Shown: positions 53,455 through 62,685 of the stretch, piece after piece
How positions within the stretch are numbered: the first letter of the stretch is position 1
How the letters are laid out: each line of letters opens with the position of its first letter
IMG/VR virus record: IMGVR_UViG_3300020156_000447
Source of the DNA: a virus
Lineage: Duplodnaviria > Caudoviricetes
DNA length: 64,000 bases
Strand: one strand, 5' to 3'
Position numbers and translations under genes: made by a program
The notes under the pieces: generated by a model
Told to the model about the DNA's origin: nothing
Database searches by the model: none
Seen by the model: the letters and a program-made list of their open reading frames with translations, nothing else

Positions 53455-54084
53455 TTGCAGAAGAAGTATCCGACCCGCGAAGCGTTCCTCCTCGCCGCAG
53501 TAGAAGCGTTCAAGCCTCTGTTCGAGAAGAAAGAATACAAAGTTCCTCCTGTCCGCGTCAGCACCGGGTGGCCCCATACCAAGGCGGTGTCAGCCAAGTC
53601 CCGCCGCCTCGCCGAATGCTGGGATAACGCTGCGAGTGAGGACGGCGTGAACCAGATTTTTATCAGCCCCTGTTTAAACGACGTGACCGGTCCACAGGGA
53701 GTTCTCTCAATCCTCATCCATGAAGTCGTCCACGCCGTGGTCGGAAGTAAAGCGGCGCACGGACCAGTGTTTAAACGTTGCGCGCAGGCGGTCGGTCTCA
53801 CCGGCCCGATGACTTCCACTGTTGCAGGACCCGAGCTCTTGGAAATCATCGCGAGCGTTTCCGAGGAACTCGGCGAGTATCCTCACTCGAAGCTCGACCT
53901 CCTGAAGTCCGGCCGGAAAAAGCAGGGGACCCGCATGGTAAAATGCGAGTGCCCTAGCTGCGGATACACCGTCCGAACGACGAAAAAATGGCTGGATGTC
54001 GCCGCACCCCGCTGCCCCATCCAGGGCCACGGCGCACTTCACTTTGAACTGCCGGAAGAAACCGACGACTCTGGCGAAGAATAA
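53455..54084 (+). CDS. SprT-like zinc metalloprotease
   Basis: LIHEVVHA...HGPVFK (HExxH plus third His); C-terminal CPSCGY...CP; TTG start uncertain. Confidence 0.8.
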   Translation: MQKKYPTREAFLLAAVEAFKPLFEKKEYKVPPVRVSTGWPHTKAVSAKSRRLAECWDNAASEDGVNQIFISPCLNDVTGPQGVLSILIHEVVHAVVGSKAAHGPVFKRCAQAVGLTGPMTSTVAGPELLEIIASVSEELGEYPHSKLDLLKSGRKKQGTRMVKCECPSCGYTVRTTKKWLDVAAPRCPIQGHGALHFELPEETDDSGEE

Positions 54085-54111
54085 TTTCTCGATACGCAAC
54101 CTCGGAAACGC

Positions 54112-54318
54112 ATGAACATTGTCTGCCGCAAGACCGCCCACAACGACGTCGATCCTTTTTCTCGCTCTGATCGGGACCCGATTGGACGCAACGCTGGAAA
54201 AGGTGACCGGCCTCGCAATGTGGGCGGCAACTTCAAGAAGAACTACGACGCGATCAACTGGGGCCGCTCACATGACGTGAAGCGCAAACCAGGACGCACT
54301 CGCATCCGCTCCAAATAG
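54112..54318 (+). CDS. Small basic hypothetical protein
   Basis: NAGKGDRPRNV...FKKNYDAINW motif. Confidence 0.55.
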   Translation: MNIVCRKTAHNDVDPFSRSDRDPIGRNAGKGDRPRNVGGNFKKNYDAINWGRSHDVKRKPGRTRIRSK

Positions 54319-54393
54319 CGGACTCTCGGACTTAATAACTTCCGCCAACTCGAAGGACGCGAGTTAGGCCCAACGCAAGAACTCTGCCCAGAT

Positions 54394-56268
54394 ATGGACA
54401 CTATAGCAGTCGATTTTGAAACATTTTATAAGAAAAACGAATATTCCGTCAGGGATTTAGGCAACTGGCGTTATGTCCACGACGAACGCTTCGACCCCTA
54501 TCTCATGACGGTGTTCGATGGCGCGAATTCCTGGGCGGGCAACCCCCGGGACTTTAACTGGGACGCGCTCGAAGACGCCCTGCTGCTGGCCCACAACGCC
54601 GCGTTTGAGCGAGCAATCGTCGGGCGGTTGGTCGAGGACGGCATTGCGCCAGTGCGGATGCTTCAAAATCAGTGGCAATGCACGGCCAATATGACGTCTT
54701 ACCTTTGCGGTAACCGTGCTTTGGCCAAAGCCCTGGCAGTCCTGGAAGGCCAGCCCATGTCAAAGGACATCCGCGATTGGATGAGCGGAAAGACGTGGCA
54801 GGACGCGGTCGACGCCGGAAAGGCAGACGAGTTGGCGCGATACGGAGTCGGTGACGTGCGCGAGTGCCACGGCCTCTGGACAAAATACAGCCCTCGTTGG
54901 CCCTCTCATGAGCGTGGGCTCTCCGAACTCACCATGCGGCAATGCGCTCGCGGGGTTTCTATCGATGCCGAGTTACTTCACGAATACATCACCGTTTTGC
55001 AGGAGGTGATTTTCAACCTCGAAAAATCGCTTCCCTGGACTGACCGAGGCGCAGCTCCCACGAGCCCAAAAGCAATTGCAGAACAGTGCCGCGTGGTCGG
55101 CATCCCTGCACCGCCGGTCAAGAGTCATTTCGACGACGGCGAGGAACAGTTCGAGGCTTGGGAGATTGCCTACGGGCCGCAGTTCCCGTGGGTGCTCGGA
55201 GTCAGCCAATACCGGCAGCTCAATAAGCTTCTGTCATCTCTCCAAACGATTCGCGAGCGCCTGCGTCCGGATAATACCATTGACTTCTCGCTTCTTTACT
55301 TCGGCGCTCACACCGGACGCTGGTCCGGCGGCGGGTCGGGTCTGAACATGCAGAACCTTCGTAAGGTGCCCCTGTATCTCAAGGACCGGAACCTGGTATC
55401 ACCTCCAGGATCACTCTCCGTCAAAGACGCCAAGGATTGGGTTGCCAACTGCACTGACTACGCCATGGACATTCGGCGGCTCTTCCGGGCGCGCCCTGGC
55501 AAGAAGTTCATCCTAGCTGACTTATCGCAGATCGAGCCTCGCGTCCTGGCGTGGCTGACGGGGAATTTTCAGCTCCTCGAAATGCTCCGCACCGGCATGA
55601 GTATTTACGAGGCATTCGCACGCGTGTCGATGGGTTGGACGGGTGGGAACCTCAAGAAGGAGAATCCGGACCTCTACGCGCTCGCCAAAATTCAGGTGCT
55701 GGGATTGGGGTATGGCTGCGGATGGGAAAAGTTCGTCGCGATTGCCGCGAGTTACGGCGTGTTGTTGACACCCGAGAAGAGTCAGGAATTGGTTACCAGC
55801 TTCCGCGCACAGAACCCCCTCACAACCGGTCTGTGGCGCACTTTGGATGATGCGTTCAAGCAATCCATCCACAGCGATTTCGAGATGGCTTTACCGTCTG
55901 GGCGGACGATGACTTACCGGGGTGTCTCTCGTGTCGTCCGCAGCAAGAAGGACAAGGAAACCGGGAAATGGAGGGCGGACTGGGCATTTACGGCCCTGGT
56001 TGGAGACAAGCGCAAAACACTCTACGGCGGGCTCCTCACGGAAAATCTGGTTCAAGCAACGGCCCGCGACGTCTTCGGCCAGCACTTACTCGCCCTGGAA
56101 GACCAGGTCGGCGACGTGATTTTTCACGTCCACGACGAAGCGATTACCGAGGTCGACCAGGACGTCACGGTCAAGGACGTGGAACACGTAATGAGCCGCA
56201 CGCCTGACTGGCTGGAAGGTTGTCCAGTGAGCTGCGAAGCGCAGGAAGCGGCCCATTACCTGAAATAA
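54394..56268 (+). CDS. DNA polymerase, family A, with 3'-5' exonuclease
   Basis: AVDFET, AHNAAFE, HTGRWSG, motif A DLSQIEPR, motif B KIQVLGLGYG, motif C HVHDE. Confidence 0.95.
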   Translation: MDTIAVDFETFYKKNEYSVRDLGNWRYVHDERFDPYLMTVFDGANSWAGNPRDFNWDALEDALLLAHNAAFERAIVGRLVEDGIAPVRMLQNQWQCTANMTSYLCGNRALAKALAVLEGQPMSKDIRDWMSGKTWQDAVDAGKADELARYGVGDVRECHGLWTKYSPRWPSHERGLSELTMRQCARGVSIDAELLHEYITVLQEVIFNLEKSLPWTDRGAAPTSPKAIAEQCRVVGIPAPPVKSHFDDGEEQFEAWEIAYGPQFPWVLGVSQYRQLNKLLSSLQTIRERLRPDNTIDFSLLYFGAHTGRWSGGGSGLNMQNLRKVPLYLKDRNLVSPPGSLSVKDAKDWVANCTDYAMDIRRLFRARPGKKFILADLSQIEPRVLAWLTGNFQLLEMLRTGMSIYEAFARVSMGWTGGNLKKENPDLYALAKIQVLGLGYGCGWEKFVAIAASYGVLLTPEKSQELVTSFRAQNPLTTGLWRTLDDAFKQSIHSDFEMALPSGRTMTYRGVSRVVRSKKDKETGKWRADWAFTALVGDKRKTLYGGLLTENLVQATARDVFGQHLLALEDQVGDVIFHVHDEAITEVDQDVTVKDVEHVMSRTPDWLEGCPVSCEAQEAAHYLK

Positions 56269-56287
56269 CTGAGGAAAAATGCGCGCC

Positions 56288-56320
56288 GCGGTTGGCAAAG
56301 CCCCCCTCAACTTCTCATAT
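56288..56320 (+). promoter_or_regulatory. Class II promoter
   Basis: GCGG-TTGGCA(56292-56297)-18 nt-CATAT(56316-56320). Confidence 0.6.
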
Positions 56321-56333
56321 CAAGACTGAGACG

Positions 56334-58511
56334 ATGTTTTTTCTCCCTAATCTCAGCTCGCAGAATGTTTCCACCGGGATTGCTCCTTGGGACTTCAAAA
56401 CAGATGCCATCCCGGCGGAAGTCCGATCCGACAAAACGGCTCGCGACGCCTGGATCAACAACCCGGCCACCCGGCACCATGTCTACACGTTCTACGAGGG
56501 TGTGAACGGCAGCGTGCGCCCGTCACGCGAACGGAAGGACGGCGAAGGTAACCCGGTCCTCAAGTGCCACGCGCTGGTCGCTGACTTCGACAGCGCGCAG
56601 CCCGACGACGTGGTGGTGCGCCTCGTCAACGAGTGCCCAATCAAGCCCAACTGGATCGAGAAAACCCTGTCCGGCAACTGGCGCTTCGTTTGGCTCCTCG
56701 AAGAAGCAATCGTTTTTCCGTCCGACACGTTTGCCCGTCACTTCCTGAAAACCTTCGCGGACTTTGGGTTCGACATGGGCCGCTGCATGGTTGGTTTTGA
56801 CAAGCCCGCCTGGGAAGCGCCCGAGCGCATGTGGACCAACGGCTGCGACTGGCGGAAAATTCACGACGAAAAAATCTCGGCAAACGTCTCCCGCGGTTGG
56901 CTCGTCAAGGCCAGCCAGAAGTTCAACTTCAAGGGCAAGGAATTTGGCACCACGATTCCGCTCGACGTCGTCGCCAAGGAGCTGGCGAAGCACTTTCCGA
57001 AGTTCTCTCAATGGCCCGGCGATTTCGCGCTCAACTCTCAAGGTCCAACGTTCTGGATCGACGCATCGCAGTCGCCCAAGTCCGCGATTGTGCGCGAGAC
57101 CGGTATTCAGACCTTCTCGGCCAACGCTGCCAAGGCGTTTTATCCCTGGGTCGATTTGCTCGGCGCTCAGTTCGTGAAGCAATACGAAGCTGAGTCTCTG
57201 GGCCGCGCGGTCGAGGGGATTTACTACGATGGCAAGCAATACTGGACGGCACTTCCTTCCGGGATGTGGATTCCAATGGAGGGGCCGCAGCTCAATCGCA
57301 AGTTGAAGATCGAGCGCAGCGTGTCTCCGAAGCCCGATAAGGCCGGTGTCTCGGACGTCGAAAGAGCGCTGCTCTATATCGAGGAAAATGCCCGGGTGAA
57401 GGGCGCTGCCCCGTTCGTTAATCGTCGGCCAGGCCCTTACCGCTTCAATAACGACACATATCTCAACACTTACTCCTCGCGTCCAATTGCCCCCGCGGGA
57501 AAACCTGGCGAGGCTGTGTGGGGACCGAACGGGCAGTTTCCTTGGCTGTGCCACTTCATCGATACTTTTCACCCCACGCCCCTGCAGGTCGCCTATCTCA
57601 AGGCGTGGATCATTCACGCTTACCGCTGCGCGTATTACTTCGACCCGCGAAGCAGCCTTATCCTCTTCATTGCGGGGCCTCCGGGCGTCGGAAAAACGCT
57701 GCTTAATCGCGGCATCCTCGGCCCGCTGCTGGGGGGATTCGGCGAAGCCACTGATTGGCTGCTCGGCAACGACAATTTCAATTCCGAGCTTTTCGAGAAG
57801 CCTTTTTGGTCGGTCGACGACGCGACGGCGAATGCAAACCCCCGCACCCTTCGCATTTTCTGGATGCAGATGAAACGCGTGGCCGCCAACCCCTCGTTCC
57901 GCTGCAATGAGAAGTTCCGCAAGGCGTCAATGACTGAGTGCAACAGTTGCCTGATGGTGACCTGCAATGCAGATGAGGAGAGCGCCCGCCAGGTTCCTGA
58001 CCTCGACCAGTCGATCAAAGACAAGCTGCTGCTCCTGCGCACGATTGAGGTGCAACAAATCAAGTTCCCTCCTCGCGCTGAACTGGTGGCAATCTTGGAA
58101 CGTGAGCTTCCCTGGCTGGCTCGATGGGCTCTGGATACCGACATCCCCGAGGAGCTTCGTGGCGACAGCCGCTACGGAGTTCGAGCTTTTGCGGACGAAA
58201 GCCTCGTCGAAATCTCGCGCCAGTCCAGCCGCACCGCAGGGTTCTCCGATATTCTGGAAGATTGGATGTTTATCCACTTCACGACGCGGGAAACGAAAGC
58301 CGCGTTCTGGCAAGGAACCAGTTACCAGCTCCACAAGGAGCTGATTAACTACGACCCCGCCGCCCCGGCGGCCTTGCGAGATTATTCGGTCGACACGATC
58401 AACCGCTCCCTCTCCCAGCTTAAAGGCAAAGGGTTTGATGGCCTGGAAATCGTGCCCCACTCGACTACCCGAATTTGGAAAATTCATCGCCCTAAACACC
58501 TCATCAAATAA
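56334..58511 (+). CDS. Primase-helicase (PrimPol-like N-terminus, SF3/D5-like helicase C-terminus)
   Basis: HALVADFD, KTLSGNWRFVW; Walker A GPPGVGKT, WSVDDA, MVTCN. Confidence 0.8.
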   Translation: MFFLPNLSSQNVSTGIAPWDFKTDAIPAEVRSDKTARDAWINNPATRHHVYTFYEGVNGSVRPSRERKDGEGNPVLKCHALVADFDSAQPDDVVVRLVNECPIKPNWIEKTLSGNWRFVWLLEEAIVFPSDTFARHFLKTFADFGFDMGRCMVGFDKPAWEAPERMWTNGCDWRKIHDEKISANVSRGWLVKASQKFNFKGKEFGTTIPLDVVAKELAKHFPKFSQWPGDFALNSQGPTFWIDASQSPKSAIVRETGIQTFSANAAKAFYPWVDLLGAQFVKQYEAESLGRAVEGIYYDGKQYWTALPSGMWIPMEGPQLNRKLKIERSVSPKPDKAGVSDVERALLYIEENARVKGAAPFVNRRPGPYRFNNDTYLNTYSSRPIAPAGKPGEAVWGPNGQFPWLCHFIDTFHPTPLQVAYLKAWIIHAYRCAYYFDPRSSLILFIAGPPGVGKTLLNRGILGPLLGGFGEATDWLLGNDNFNSELFEKPFWSVDDATANANPRTLRIFWMQMKRVAANPSFRCNEKFRKASMTECNSCLMVTCNADEESARQVPDLDQSIKDKLLLLRTIEVQQIKFPPRAELVAILERELPWLARWALDTDIPEELRGDSRYGVRAFADESLVEISRQSSRTAGFSDILEDWMFIHFTTRETKAAFWQGTSYQLHKELINYDPAAPAALRDYSVDTINRSLSQLKGKGFDGLEIVPHSTTRIWKIHRPKHLIK

Positions 58512-58518
58512 TCGCTTT

Positions 58519-59199
58519 ATGTCATACTACTCCACTCAAGACGACCTCTCGTTCATACCCCTAACATTGGCTGAAGAGCACGCGCTGATTGCGCGGTATC
58601 ACGGCAATAACGATCTTGCCGCACGGGACGAGCTCGTTCGAGTCCATCTCAAACTTGTGGCAAAGCTTTCCCTGCGATTCGCACGGGGCGCAATCTTGGA
58701 CGAGGACGCAATTTCCGCAGGCAACTTCGCACTGATGCAGGCCCTCGAATGCAAAAAGTTCGACCCCGCGCGCGGTTCCCGGTTTGGCACTTACATTCGT
58801 TCCTATGTGAAGGGTGAAGTGCTGAAGCAGATTCGGCAGCGCACCGTTGTCCGCCCTGAATTTCACCAACCATCTCTCCCGCCCGACGCCGTTGTTACAG
58901 GCACCGCCGCAGGAAATGAGGATGCCGACAAAAATCGTCCTGAATTTTCGAATCTGGTTGACCAATCCAGCGACGAACAACAGATCATTACAGTGAGAGA
59001 AACTTCGCTCGAAGACGCTATCGACCAGTTACCTGCCTTGGAGGGTTACGCCGTGCGGCGTGTGGACCTCCAGGGAGGTAACTACGCTGATGTCGGACGT
59101 GAGCGCAACGTGTCGCGCGAAGCGGCACGCAAGGCCCACGCCCGAGGGCTTCAGAAGCTGCGGTTTCGCCTCAATCCAGTCCAATCACAACTCAACTAA
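58519..59199 (+). CDS. Phage-encoded sigma70-family sigma factor
   Basis: LTLAEEHAL...ARDELVRVHLKLV, DAISAGNFALMQA..KFDPARGSRFGTYIRSYVKG; region 4 YADVGRERNVSREAARKAHARGLQKLR. Confidence 0.9.
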   Translation: MSYYSTQDDLSFIPLTLAEEHALIARYHGNNDLAARDELVRVHLKLVAKLSLRFARGAILDEDAISAGNFALMQALECKKFDPARGSRFGTYIRSYVKGEVLKQIRQRTVVRPEFHQPSLPPDAVVTGTAAGNEDADKNRPEFSNLVDQSSDEQQIITVRETSLEDAIDQLPALEGYAVRRVDLQGGNYADVGRERNVSREAARKAHARGLQKLRFRLNPVQSQLN

Positions 59200-59208
59200 C
59201 TGACCCCT

Positions 59209-59472
59209 ATGATAACCCACAAAGATGCCCGTCACATTACCCTCCGAGCCAAAGGCGGCAAAGCCCGCCGAGTCCGCATCATGCGCCCGTCTCTTCGTCA
59301 ACTCGGCGTCAAGGCGCGTCACCTGGACCATCGGGTCGCGGGTCTCAAAAGCGCCCTGCACCATTTGAAACCCGGCCAGGGCGACGAACAGTTGCGCCTC
59401 AACCAGATGCTGGGCTCCGTTCGGTCCCGTCAGGAAGCTCTTCAGAAGCACCTCGACTCCCTCGCGGCATGA
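59209..59472 (+). CDS. Basic hypothetical protein
   Basis: Arg/Lys-rich, coiled-coil end, coupled to resolvase. Confidence 0.5.
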   Translation: MITHKDARHITLRAKGGKARRVRIMRPSLRQLGVKARHLDHRVAGLKSALHHLKPGQGDEQLRLNQMLGSVRSRQEALQKHLDSLAA

Positions 59473-60023
59473 GGGTGTTGTCTCTAGACTTGGGAACCAA
59501 GACCGGCTGGGCCTTTTTTGACGGCTCAGCGGTCAAGTCGGGCACATTTTTGACCGCCACCACCAAAGAGTTGGAGGCGCAGAAGAAGAATGGGCTGGAC
59601 CGATGCTGTGATATGCGAGTCGAGAGGCTCTACACGTTCATTGGAACCTTCGATAAGCCCAACGCGATTTACTTTGAGGACGTCCAGTTTCTCAGCACGC
59701 AGTTACAGGCACAGCTCTGGGCGAGCCTTCGGGCGAGCGTCATCCTGTATTACCCGGCCTGCGCGATCCGTGCGGTGCCGGTCGGAACGCTCAAAAAATT
59801 TGCGACCGGTTTCGGCAACGCAAAAAAGGAACATATGGCCGCAGCCTTGGCGAAGATGCCGGGTTACGTCCAGGAAGTCAACGGACGGGGAAAGCTCACC
59901 CTCTACAAAAGCCCCGGTTACAAGATGGAACCCGTCGACGACAACGAATGTGACGCCATCCATCTGCTGAACTTCGCCCTCAACGAACTCAAAATCACTA
60001 CCCATGCTGAAATCGCACGCTGA
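59469..60023 (+). CDS. RuvC-like Holliday junction resolvase
   Basis: MRVLSLDLGTKTGWA, YFEDV, LKKFATGFGNAKKE, DNECDA. Confidence 0.85.
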   Translation: MRVLSLDLGTKTGWAFFDGSAVKSGTFLTATTKELEAQKKNGLDRCCDMRVERLYTFIGTFDKPNAIYFEDVQFLSTQLQAQLWASLRASVILYYPACAIRAVPVGTLKKFATGFGNAKKEHMAAALAKMPGYVQEVNGRGKLTLYKSPGYKMEPVDDNECDAIHLLNFALNELKITTHAEIAR

Positions 60024-60375
60024 CATTATCGGAGATCAAATCGACACGCTGCTGAATGCTCTCGCGACGGTGAACAACGTCATGCGTCGGAGCTCGGACG
60101 AGCAATCGCACGACGAGCACGTGAAGACCTCCCTGGAAGGCACCGCCATCCGGATTTGCAACCGGCTCGATGCAATCCTGGACGACGCCGACAAGTGGGC
60201 GCTTCCGAAGACTGACGGCCACGCCGTTCTATCGCACAGCATCGCCCTGCGGGACGGGCTGATCGAACAACAGCTTTTCCGTCTTGAGCTGCAGAAGCAG
60301 TTGGCGCTCGGGAAAATCACGACGTCTGAACCGGCGTCGGCTCAACCCAAAACCACCCCCCGCAAGAAGAAGTAA
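60004..60375 (+). CDS. Hypothetical protein
   Basis: Coupled helical ORF. Confidence 0.5.
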   Translation: MLKSHADIIGDQIDTLLNALATVNNVMRRSSDEQSHDEHVKTSLEGTAIRICNRLDAILDDADKWALPKTDGHAVLSHSIALRDGLIEQQLFRLELQKQLALGKITTSEPASAQPKTTPRKKK

Positions 60376-61655
60376 TGAACAAATTCTGGAAACCTGAGGA
60401 ACTGGCCCTTTTCGACTCCCCGTTGAGTAATCGGGAAATCGCTGCGAAGACGGGCCGAAGTTACCATGCCGTGCGGCTGCGTCGCTCGGAGCCCCGGCCC
60501 GAAGCCGCCGCTACCGCTGCGGTTGCCACAGCCGCCCAAACAACCACCGCAACGTCGACCTACACGGACGACAAGGGCCGAGCCAACGCCGAGTTTTGGA
60601 AGCGTCAGCACGACGACCTGCGAAAAAAGTATGACCAGGCGCTGGCTGAGAACTCAGTCGTCGACCAACTCGTGCAGAACATCATGGAGGCGGCTCCGCG
60701 GTCCTACTCACCCCTGCCACCAGTGGTGAAGGTCCGCCCGAAGTCGAAGTCAACACCCCAGAGCGCGGTCCTCCTTTTCTCCGACACGCACGTCGGCAAA
60801 GTCGTTCGCCCGGACCAGACTCTCGGATTTGGCCGCTACGATTTCCCGATGTTCCTGGCGCGGTTGAAATATTTGGAGGAGTCGGTCATATCGATTCTTG
60901 GGAACCACACAACCATGCACGTTGACGAGCTGGTCGTAGCCATGCTCGGAGATCACCTCGACGGAGCGCTTGCGCATGGGTCCGAGGCGGGGCAACGGAG
61001 CACTTTGTTTTCGCAGTTCTATCTCGCAGGCCACGCCACGGCTCAGTTTCTCCGGGTGTTATCCGCTCACGTGCCTAAGATTCGTATTAAGACGGTCGTA
61101 GGCAACCATACGCGCTGGCAGAACCAAAAGAAAATGCCGACCGAGAATCGGTTCTCGAACCTTGACATGTTTTTCTACGCGCTCGTTGAAGCGCTGACCC
61201 GCGACATCAAAAACATTGATTGGGACCTTAACCCCCAACCCTTTGCAATTTTCCAGGTGCAGGGTTACACGTTCCACGCAGCGCACGGCGATCACCTCCG
61301 CGGCGGCGACAAAGCACTCGGTATCCCGAACCACGCGATTGGTCGTGAGTTGTCGACCAAGGCGCAGTTGTTCACCAAGCACGGGCGACAGGCACCGCAT
61401 TACTACATCTGCGGGCACCTGCACCGGGACATTCAACTGCCGCACGCGCTCGGCGACGTCACTATTAACGGCGGCTTCCCGGGTCTCGACGGGTATTCGT
61501 TGACCGAAAACTTCAACCCGATTGATCCGACTCAAACCCTGTTTTTTGTTCACCCGAAATTCGGGAAGACCGCTCAATACAAGCTGTCACTCAAGTTTGC
61601 CGACGTGGGTGCTGACGCCCCCTATCAATTGCCGCAGCAGTTCCCGATTGAATGA
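60375..61655 (+). CDS. Calcineurin-like metallophosphoesterase with N-terminal HTH
   Basis: WKPEEL...NREIAAKTGRSYHAV; SDTHVG, LGD, GNH, HGD, GHLH. Confidence 0.85.
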   Translation: MNKFWKPEELALFDSPLSNREIAAKTGRSYHAVRLRRSEPRPEAAATAAVATAAQTTTATSTYTDDKGRANAEFWKRQHDDLRKKYDQALAENSVVDQLVQNIMEAAPRSYSPLPPVVKVRPKSKSTPQSAVLLFSDTHVGKVVRPDQTLGFGRYDFPMFLARLKYLEESVISILGNHTTMHVDELVVAMLGDHLDGALAHGSEAGQRSTLFSQFYLAGHATAQFLRVLSAHVPKIRIKTVVGNHTRWQNQKKMPTENRFSNLDMFFYALVEALTRDIKNIDWDLNPQPFAIFQVQGYTFHAAHGDHLRGGDKALGIPNHAIGRELSTKAQLFTKHGRQAPHYYICGHLHRDIQLPHALGDVTINGGFPGLDGYSLTENFNPIDPTQTLFFVHPKFGKTAQYKLSLKFADVGADAPYQLPQQFPIE

Positions 61656-62047
61656 GTCGACTCGCACGAACTGAATTCTCGCTGGCCGACTACTCTGACC
61701 TGAAAATCAGCGTGGTCGTCCACCCGACTGAGAAGACGCTGTATCGAGCATGGACCAAGTTCGATGGGACCGCGCCAGATTTTACGGCCGCGTTTTGCCA
61801 CTTCCCCAAACCCAGCGAGAAGCGGAAGCCAGAAGTATTGGCCGAGCTTCACTTCTGCCACAAGTATCTGACGGTCTCCACAATCGCGCACGAGGCCCTG
61901 CACGCAGCCTTCGGGTTCGCCCGGCACGCGCGCCTGGTCATGCATGAGGACTATGGCGAAGAGCTGCTCGCCCTGGCGGTGCAGAATATCACCGCTCAAA
62001 CCATTGCCTTCTGCGAACGCAAAAAGCTGCCCCTCGAAATTGAGTGA
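61652..62047 (+). CDS. Zincin-like (HExxH) protein
   Basis: STIAHEALHAA...EELLA. Confidence 0.55.
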   Translation: MSRLARTEFSLADYSDLKISVVVHPTEKTLYRAWTKFDGTAPDFTAAFCHFPKPSEKRKPEVLAELHFCHKYLTVSTIAHEALHAAFGFARHARLVMHEDYGEELLALAVQNITAQTIAFCERKKLPLEIE

Positions 62048-62685
62048 AGCTCGCGACCTTCAGGCAAAAGACCGGTCTCTCCCGCACCACCGAATGGCGG
62101 TTGCGAAAGAACGGGGTTTTGCCGGTTGCTGAGTCACGCGGCAGGCTCATCGTCGACCTGGGGCGGCAGCGCAACATCGCCAGGAACCGCTACGGCGCGA
62201 TTTTGGTCGAGCACGCGACTGAAGAGACCAACCGTCTCGGAGAAACCCTCTGGCAGTGCCGCTGCGACTGTGGCAAGACGTTCACGAAATCGCGGTGGCA
62301 TCTCATTAACGGCCCGAAGCACTGCGGCTGTGGCAGCAAGCCGACGTTTGAAAAGAGAGTGCAGGGCGCTGGAGAAATTACGGCCCGACGTTGGGCTTCG
62401 ATTCTGGCCGGTGCGCGCAAGCGTGGGATCAAGGTGCCCGTCGACGCTGCCGCTGCCTGGGACCTTTTCCTCAAGCAAGGTCGCCGGTGCGCGCTGACGG
62501 GTCGTGAACTCAAAATTTCGCAGGCTTCGCTCGACTACCACCCAGGCCCCCCACGGTGGATCGATTCCACGGTCGCGCGCATGAAAATGAAAATCCCGGC
62601 AGACACGTTTTTGCGCATCTGCCGGGATGTTGCTGCCGCCGATCCTACGCCGCCGCCTGTCCAAGCTTCTCTTGAAGCAGCTTGA
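62044..62685 (+). CDS. Excisionase/AlpA-like HTH fused to a degenerate HNH-type domain
   Basis: FRQKTGLSRTTEWRLRKNGVLP; WQCRCDCG...HCGC; RCALTG...ASLD..W.....MK. Confidence 0.6.
   Translation: MKLATFRQKTGLSRTTEWRLRKNGVLPVAESRGRLIVDLGRQRNIARNRYGAILVEHATEETNRLGETLWQCRCDCGKTFTKSRWHLINGPKHCGCGSKPTFEKRVQGAGEITARRWASILAGARKRGIKVPVDAAAAWDLFLKQGRRCALTGRELKISQASLDYHPGPPRWIDSTVARMKMKIPADTFLRICRDVAAADPTPPPVQASLEAA

Noticed and set aside
46125-56268. 2-aminoadenine (Z-genome) pathway suggested by HD hydrolase plus family A polymerase
   Set aside because: No PurZ/adenylosuccinate synthetase-like or MazZ-like gene seen; YfbR-like HD proteins are common in phages
25278-56268. Introns or inteins in terL or polymerase
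   Set aside because: Both ORFs are continuous, of ordinary length, with motifs in normal spacing
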